64,000 nucleotides of DNA from Planctomycetota bacterium (GTDB lineage: Bacteria; Planctomycetota; PLA2; JAEUHO01), in NCBI GenBank assembly GCA_965223505.1, contig CBDCWP010000041.1, positions 64,001 through 128,000 of the forward strand, read 5' to 3'. Below, piece after piece: positions 58,017-64,000 of the stretch. The translations under genes were made by a program, and so were the position numbers. The notes beneath the pieces are model-generated. The model saw nothing but the letters and a program-made list of their open reading frames with translations. It made no database searches and was not told where the DNA came from. How positions within the stretch are numbered: the first letter of the stretch is position 1; each line of letters begins with the position of its first letter.

Positions 58017-58318
58017 CCCCGTTCTCGACGTAGGCGACGCGACGTTCGGGGGCCGTGTGGCCCCGGCGGTCATGCTGTTCGCCATCGCGCTCTTCGCCGC
58101 GTCGCTTCTATGCGTCAGCGACGCCAGCGTCCCCGATCCGCAGGGGCCGAAACGGACGACCAGCGTTGGCACTACCGACCGGCCGAATCCGTACTCGTGC
58201 GTGGCCGCATCGTCGCGCGCGAAACAGAGGGGCCGAAATGAGCCATGGGAACAGACGGGTGGCGACGGATGGACCTGCCGCCGGGGATCCGCACGTCCCC
58301 ACGAAGCAACCGGGCGAC

Positions 58319-61300
58319 ATGGGTGGGACGAGTGCGACCTCACCAGGCGGAAAGGTGTTCGTACGCCCCGCTGTCACGCGCGCTCTGCTGCGCAGCGCGG
58401 TCGTCGGCGGCTTGGTCGTATTGACCGCGCTGCCGGCGCGGGCGGACCGTGCGGAGAAAGAGGAAGTTGGCGGCGTTCTCCTGAGCTTGTTCATGGGCGG
58501 ATTCGGACACTCGGATCCGGACATGGAGCTGCCCGCCTCCGACGCGTGGCTCGCGCTCCGTAGCCAGCGCAACCTGGCGTTGGACGAGCCGATCGACGAG
58601 GTGATGAACCTGGCGTCACACAACGCCTTCAACGCCATGCGCCACGGATTCACCAGGGCGCCGCCGTGGGCGCCCAACCAGATCATGAGCATCGACGAAC
58701 AGTTGACCCTGGGGTCGCGGCTGATCGAGCTCGACATTCACGACAACGACTTCTCGGGCAACGGTGATACGCGGCTGCGCGTCTACCACTCGGATCCCCT
58801 GGCCGGCTCCATGCTCGTCGGGCAAGCCTTGGCCAGGGTCGGCCCCTGGATGCGCAAGCACCCCAACGCCGTCGTGTTCTTGGACTTCGAAGATGCGACC
58901 GGTGGACCGGAGGGCGCGGACCCCGATCGGTCGATCGATCTCGCGCTGCGGGCGCAGTTCGGCGATCCCGAGAAGGAGAACGCCAACTCGATGATATTCA
59001 CACCCGAGGACCGCCGTGCACTCGGACGGTGGCCGTCCCGCCGCGAGCTGATCGCGATGGGCAAGCGGTTGATCATCTTCTCGCACCGAAACGACGACAA
59101 GAACGGACGCTTCGGAACGCGCGCGGCGTGGGACGACGCGGATGGGCATCGATGGTGGCAAGCAGGATTGTCGTTCTGGTCGCCGGAGGGTCGCGGCAAC
59201 TTCCTGCAGGAGCCCGTGGACACTCTTCCCGCGCGAGTGATCGGCGAACCCTTGCTGCTACGAAAGCCGAAGGTTTTCACGTGCATGCAAAGCGACGGTC
59301 TGGACATCACCTTCTTGAGCTGGCACCTGATCCTCCCGAGCGTAGTCCTATATCCCTTCAGCACGGTGACACTTCTCGGCTTCCAAAAGGCCGTCGACTT
59401 GTACTTGGCAGGCATGGACGCCGAGCGCGCCAAGCCGGAACACGTGAGGTGGGCGGTCCGCAACAACGTCAACTTTCTGAAAATGGACTTCCTGTTCTGC
59501 CACGATGAAGATGCGGGGTTGGGCACGGACTTGACCTTCGATGACGCCTACGAGATGCAGTCGGAGTCACGGATCGGGCGCCTGCAGGCCATGGTTTGGA
59601 GCTGGTTTCCGGGCGACGCCGCGGTTCAACGTCAGCTCTTCCAGGACCTTCAACCGGGTGACGGTTCAGGCGCTCGACTGCGTGACGACTTCGCGCTCCG
59701 GTGGCCGGCCGTCAACATGTTGGACTTCGAGGTGCGCGGTGACGCGGCGCGCAACAGCGGCCACGACTACGCGATGATGCTGCCGCTGGGAACGTTCTCG
59801 AATCCTCAAGGACGCTGGTTCTCCGCGACGGCGGCCGGGCGGATCGTCATCGAGGGAACGCCGTTCGACTTCGGCCGGCGCCCGTTCGCCCTTCGATCGA
59901 CGGAGCCCGATACGAACACACGGCGTTATCGCTGGCGCATCAGCGAGTTCATGGGTGACGCCGACGAAGCCGGAGACATTCCCGTGAGCGAGCTCTTGGA
60001 CGAAGACGGGTACGTCTACGCGTACGGAGCGCCGGTGAACGGTCTGCAGAACGACGACCTCGCGCGCGCCCGGCTGGAGAGCACCGACGGCGTGGCCAAT
60101 CTGCCCGTGTGGATCAACGTCCACGACACCGATCGCGACGGCCACTGGAGCCCCAACGAGGGCATCGAGGCGCCCCCTCCCCCGATCATCGTCCATTGTC
60201 CGCCGGACATCACACTGGAGTGCGGCACGGCCCTGGGTCCCGTGGCCGCCGGTTGGGCTACGGTCACTGCCGACGTCGCGACGACGCTCGTGTACACCGA
60301 CACCGTCATCCAGGGGTACGGTTGCGCCGGCAACTACGAGATCGAGAGAGAATGGCGCGCAAGCGCGGCCGGCAGAGCGGACGGGACGTGTACCCAGCGC
60401 ATCTACGTGCGGGACACGACGCCTCCCGAGGTGGCACTCAATGGAGGGGCGTTCGTCGTCGTCGAATGCGGTACCGGTCCGTGGGACGACCCCGGCATCA
60501 CGGCCCAGGATTCATGCGACGAGGGCCCGCTTCAGGTTGTGGTCGGCGGCTCCACGGTGCTGTGGGACCGGGTCGGTACGTACGTGCGCACCTACTACGC
60601 GCTGGACGACTGCGGGAATGCTTCCGCGACGCTTCGACGCACGATCGTGATCGTCGACACACAGCCGCCGGTCGTGACCCTGAACGGCCCCGCGGAGATG
60701 TTCGTGGAGTGCGGCGTTCAGCTCTACGTGGAATTCGGCGCCGGCGCCTACGACCTCTGCGAGGGAGCGATCGCTAGCATCGAGATCGAGGGGCTCGTCG
60801 AGACGACCCGGGTCGGCACGTACTACATCGGCTACACCGCCAGCGACTCCAGGGGGAACAAGAGCGCGCAGGTGCTTCGGACGATCCATGTCCGCGACAC
60901 GCTCCCACCGCAGCTAGCGTGCAAGGTCGATGTCGACGTCATGTGGCCGCCTGACGGCAAGCTCCGAGAGGTCGGGCTCGTCGCGGCTGCCTCCGATGTG
61001 TGCGACGGGGCCGTTCCGTTGCACCTCTACGTGTACAGCCGAACGCCTCATGGTCCGGCACCGCGTGCGCCGGACGCCACCACGGGCCCGACCCTGCCCT
61101 CGCTCGCGCTGCGCGCCGAGGCCTCGAAGCCGGGACTGGGACGCATCTACCTGATTGCGCTGGTGGCGAGGGACGCCAGTGGAAACGAAACGGTCTGCTG
61201 TGAGTCGGTGGTCGTGCCGCTGCGCCGGTCACCGGGCTCGGTCATCCAGCTGAGGGAAGACGCGACGACAGCGTGCCTCGCTTGCATCGAAGCCGGCGGC

Positions 61301-61354
61301 GTGCTCGACCCGAGCTCAGGCTGGATCCTGCTGCGAGCGGACCAGTTCCAGTGA
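58319..61354 (+). CDS. Secreted PI-PLC-like phosphodiesterase with C-terminal Ig-like (HYR/DUF5011-type) repeats
   Basis: SHNAFN, NQIMSIDEQL..GSRLIELDIH, RVYH, LDFED; CPPDITLECG, DTTPPEVALNG, DTQPPVVTLNG, WPPDGK; start uncertain (58238/58319/58355). Confidence 0.78.
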   Translation: MGGTSATSPGGKVFVRPAVTRALLRSAVVGGLVVLTALPARADRAEKEEVGGVLLSLFMGGFGHSDPDMELPASDAWLALRSQRNLALDEPIDEVMNLASHNAFNAMRHGFTRAPPWAPNQIMSIDEQLTLGSRLIELDIHDNDFSGNGDTRLRVYHSDPLAGSMLVGQALARVGPWMRKHPNAVVFLDFEDATGGPEGADPDRSIDLALRAQFGDPEKENANSMIFTPEDRRALGRWPSRRELIAMGKRLIIFSHRNDDKNGRFGTRAAWDDADGHRWWQAGLSFWSPEGRGNFLQEPVDTLPARVIGEPLLLRKPKVFTCMQSDGLDITFLSWHLILPSVVLYPFSTVTLLGFQKAVDLYLAGMDAERAKPEHVRWAVRNNVNFLKMDFLFCHDEDAGLGTDLTFDDAYEMQSESRIGRLQAMVWSWFPGDAAVQRQLFQDLQPGDGSGARLRDDFALRWPAVNMLDFEVRGDAARNSGHDYAMMLPLGTFSNPQGRWFSATAAGRIVIEGTPFDFGRRPFALRSTEPDTNTRRYRWRISEFMGDADEAGDIPVSELLDEDGYVYAYGAPVNGLQNDDLARARLESTDGVANLPVWINVHDTDRDGHWSPNEGIEAPPPPIIVHCPPDITLECGTALGPVAAGWATVTADVATTLVYTDTVIQGYGCAGNYEIEREWRASAAGRADGTCTQRIYVRDTTPPEVALNGGAFVVVECGTGPWDDPGITAQDSCDEGPLQVVVGGSTVLWDRVGTYVRTYYALDDCGNASATLRRTIVIVDTQPPVVTLNGPAEMFVECGVQLYVEFGAGAYDLCEGAIASIEIEGLVETTRVGTYYIGYTASDSRGNKSAQVLRTIHVRDTLPPQLACKVDVDVMWPPDGKLREVGLVAAASDVCDGAVPLHLYVYSRTPHGPAPRAPDATTGPTLPSLALRAEASKPGLGRIYLIALVARDASGNETVCCESVVVPLRRSPGSVIQLREDATTACLACIEAGGVLDPSSGWILLRADQFQ

Positions 61355-61389
61355 GAGGCCCTGCGACGTCGCTCCGCGTGAACGCTACA

Positions 61390-61432
61390 GACGGCGGACT
61401 CGAACACGACGACCTGTTCCTCGACGGCGGCT
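61390..61432. repeat. 43-bp direct repeat, copy 2
   Basis: GACGGCGGACTCGAACACGACGACCTGTTCCTCGACGGCGGCT. Confidence 0.85.
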
Positions 61433-61481
61433 GACCGTTGTCTTCCGACCGCGACCGCTTCCCACCCTGTACCCTGAAGGG

Positions 61482-61901
61482 ATGGATGCGATGAAGCAGT
61501 TGATATCGAGTGACCTTCAGACCCAGTGGAACGATCACTTTCACATGCGCGACCAGACGTGGAAGGTCGTCCAGTACTCGATTCTGTTCTTCCTCGGTGC
61601 CGTCGGGCTCGAGATCAAGGGCGTGGATCGCACCGTCTTGATCGCCGCCTACGCCGCCGTCGTCGTGACGAGCACATTCGGCGTGTTCATCGCCATGCAC
61701 CACCGGCAGCGCCAGAAGGAGAAGTTCCAGATCATCGAGATCTACGAACGCGAGCTCGAGCTGGACACGCTGATCAAGCCCGTTCTCGACGCAGCCAACA
61801 AGACGTTCGTGGGCCGCGTGAACACGTCGGCGTACATCGTCGTCATGCAGCTCGCGATCGCCCTCGTCGCGGCCATGATGCTCGTGAGAGCGCTCCTCTA
61901 G
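61482..61901 (+). CDS. Small 3-TM membrane protein
   Basis: Three hydrophobic segments; HMRDQTW and KEKFQIIEIYEREL motifs. Confidence 0.72.
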   Translation: MDAMKQLISSDLQTQWNDHFHMRDQTWKVVQYSILFFLGAVGLEIKGVDRTVLIAAYAAVVVTSTFGVFIAMHHRQRQKEKFQIIEIYERELELDTLIKPVLDAANKTFVGRVNTSAYIVVMQLAIALVAAMMLVRALL

Positions 61902-61991
61902 CCGTCGACCTGACAGTCGACAGCCCCCACGGTGCGGTCGCGTGCGCCGGACGCCATGATCGACACCATACCGCCCCCCGAGGATGGAACG

Positions 61992-62675
61992 CTACGGCAG
62001 GAACTGAGCAACGAGACTCGCGACGTTGAAGAGCCCACCTCCGACCGAGGCAAAGACGCCGCTCGCCGTATTGCTGTCGCCGCCGCTTACCGACGAGGCG
62101 AAGCCGCTTGCCTCGTTGTCCTCGCCGCCGCTCACCGACGACGAGAAACCGCTCGCGACGTTCTTCGCGCCGCCGCTCACGGCGGCGAAGATCGCATTCG
62201 CGATGTTGTCCTCCCCTCCGCTCACCGAGGAGGCGAAACCGCTGGCCGTGTTGTTGCGCCCGCCGCTCACGCAAGCGTAGAGAGCGGATGTCTCGTTGGT
62301 CGTTCCGACCACGATCCCGCCGGCGCCGGAGTAGTTGTTCCTCTCGCCCACGACGAGCATGTGAGAGCCCGTGCGGTCGTTGTCCGAAGATCGAAGCTCT
62401 TGATACCCGATGATCACGTTGCCAAGCGCGTTCGTCGTTTCAGTTTCGCCCTCGCCGTTGACGACCTGGAGGTTGGCACCCGAGATCGTCATCGTGGTGC
62501 CGTTCGTCGTAACGAACTGCAGCTTCTCTGCGAGTGCCGCGTTCGCCGCTTCCAATGCCGCCACACGGCTCCCCAGGTCGGTGCCGGAACGGGTCCTTGC
62601 CTGCACCACCGACGGAACCACGAGAACGCCGATGACGGCGGCGATGAACACAGACAGGGGTACATTGGTTCGCAT
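61992..62675 (-). CDS. Secreted protein with short coiled coil and tandem 14-aa SVSGG.xN.ASG repeats
   Basis: AAGGAGGTG RBS, signal peptide, RVAALEAAN, about 6 repeats of (A/S)VSGGxxNxASGxx. Confidence 0.78.
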   Translation of the reverse strand: MRTNVPLSVFIAAVIGVLVVPSVVQARTRSGTDLGSRVAALEAANAALAEKLQFVTTNGTTMTISGANLQVVNGEGETETTNALGNVIIGYQELRSSDNDRTGSHMLVVGERNNYSGAGGIVVGTTNETSALYACVSGGRNNTASGFASSVSGGEDNIANAIFAAVSGGAKNVASGFSSSVSGGEDNEASGFASSVSGGDSNTASGVFASVGGGLFNVASLVAQFLP

Positions 62676-62820
62676 GACACCTCCTTGCAACCGAGTAGGG
62701 TCGCAATATTGATTCCGGAGCTCCGACACCGTCAAGAGGAAACGAGCCTTCAACGACGCAAGTGCGTGCGCGATGTCGTGGACAGCGGTGCAGGAACCTC
62801 TCCTTCGCCCACCCGCATGC

Positions 62821-63453
62821 TCACTCCGCTCCTAAGCGTCCGGGGGGGACGGGCGGCCGCCAGAGGCCGCAGAGGCGCCAGCATCCGTACGCGACGAAGG
62901 GGGCGACCAGCACGTCGACGACGTAGTGCGCATGCTGCCGGACCGTGAGGAGCGCAACCGCGGCGCCCGCGACGGCCAACAACGCGCGTTGACCTCGCCG
63001 AGGCGCGGCGAACGCGAGAAGCAGCACCGTCGCCGTGTGGCCGGAGAAGAACAGGTCGCGGGTCAGCGCCGCGCCGGACGTCGCGAGCTCCACGACCGGG
63101 TCGCGCAGCGGGATGATCTCGGGCGGCGGCTCGAGCGGCGTCACCGCCATCATCGCGATCCGAACCGCGACGATCACCACGTAGGCCTGAACCGCGCGCA
63201 ACACCAGCGGCGGCCGGCACATGAGCACCGCCAGTCCGAAGACCAGCGAGGCGTAGATGATCGCGAACGTGACGATGCTCAGGTCGCGGGGCGTGAACAG
63301 CTCGAGAACGGGGTCGTCCAGGACCGCGCCCGGCCGCACCTCGTTCCATGCCATGAACGCCGCCTGTGCCGTCATGACGCCGACCAACGCGACGCCGGTC
63401 AGCGCGAGCTCGACGCGGAACCGCGCTTCGGCCCATGACGCTCGCCACCCCAT
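62821..63453 (-). CDS. PAP2-related / sphingomyelin-synthase-like membrane phosphotransferase
   Basis: RDLFFSGHT and HAHYVVDVLVA motifs, multiple TMs. Confidence 0.8.
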   Translation of the reverse strand: MGWRASWAEARFRVELALTGVALVGVMTAQAAFMAWNEVRPGAVLDDPVLELFTPRDLSIVTFAIIYASLVFGLAVLMCRPPLVLRAVQAYVVIVAVRIAMMAVTPLEPPPEIIPLRDPVVELATSGAALTRDLFFSGHTATVLLLAFAAPRRGQRALLAVAGAAVALLTVRQHAHYVVDVLVAPFVAYGCWRLCGLWRPPVPPGRLGAE

Positions 63454-63604
63454 GTCCGCATCCTACGCGGCGCGGAAGAACGACCCCAGGGCGCCGCTCG
63501 CGTCCTCGGTGCGAACACGTGCCAAGACGATTTTCACGTCGCACGCGCTCCCGTCCGAACGGCTCGCCTGCGACACTGTCGGCAACGACGATGGGAGACC
63601 GACG

Positions 63605-64000
63605 ATGACCACCCGCCTAGCTCTCGCCCTGCTGATCACGACCGCTCTGTGCTTCGGCGCGTGCGGCGGCGACGATCCCTCTACGGCACCCTCGCCGGAA
63701 CCCGAGGGCGCCGGCGCGGCCGAGCCGACCAAGGCCGCGCTCGTGGCCGTTCTGCGCGACGTGCTCCAGGCCCTGGAGGCCGGCGACGCGGACGCGGCCG
63801 TCCCGCACTTCATCCTTCCGGAGGGCATGAGCGCGGAAAAGGCGCGCGCGGGCGTGGGCGGCTTCCTCGAGAAGCGCGAGATCTCCGGCGCCGGCATCGA
63901 CCGCCTGGAGAAGGACGGTCGCTACGGCACCCTGAAGGAGGTGTTCGCTGAGCGCGGGGAGAGCTGGGCCGAGCGCGCCGGCGCCGATCTCGGCAAGTGC
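63605..64000 (+). CDS. Hypothetical lipoprotein, 3'-truncated by window edge
   Basis: GGGAG RBS; MTTRLALALLITTALCFGAC lipobox; open to window end. Confidence 0.7.
   Translation, partial: MTTRLALALLITTALCFGACGGDDPSTAPSPEPEGAGAAEPTKAALVAVLRDVLQALEAGDADAAVPHFILPEGMSAEKARAGVGGFLEKREISGAGIDRLEKDGRYGTLKEVFAERGESWAERAGADLGKC

Noticed and set aside
58057..58563. ORF with hydrophobic N-terminus (MAPAVMLFAIALFAASLL..)
   Set aside because: Overlaps the PI-PLC-like gene out of frame and has no motif support; at most a gene remnant.
62711..62719. Possible attR copy of the tRNA-Cys 3' end (GATTCCGGA)
   Set aside because: Only 9 bp match and no integrase in the window; compatible with chance.

Overview
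High-GC (roughly 70% by eye) bacterial chromosomal window. It is probably Planctomycetota, inferred from a TPR + double RNA-polymerase alpha-CTD protein, a PurL with a PurS-like N-terminal extension, and many secreted or lipoproteins. About 1-36 kb is mostly housekeeping: hisS (partial), proS, addAB, a fabH-like gene, accA, purL/purQ, prmC, prfA, L31 type B, maf, rpsP, ffh, murA, ruvA, asnS and moxR. Next come a phosphatase cluster, a large Ig-like/beta-propeller lipoprotein behind a sigma-54-type promoter, an RND efflux pair, an ECF sigma/anti-sigma pair, gspG, and divergent tRNA-Leu/tRNA-Cys. An accessory island follows, encoding a TIR-TM receptor-like protein, a PI-PLC-like protein bracketed by 43-bp direct repeats, and small membrane and repeat proteins. 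The main result is two UGA-containing genes missing from the ORF track. One is a clear SelW/Rdx-family selenoprotein (CxxU, 45772-46005, minus strand). The other is a candidate previously undescribed 38-aa selenocysteine lipopeptide (52021-52137, minus strand) with a strong RBS, a lipobox, a U-x4-C motif and a SECIS-like hairpin, lying directly downstream of the ECF/anti-sigma pair. Three families of intergenic palindromic repeats were also found. hisS and ffh each carry a one-base frameshift in a G-run, probably a sequencing error. No database searches were run; family calls rest on motif recognition.
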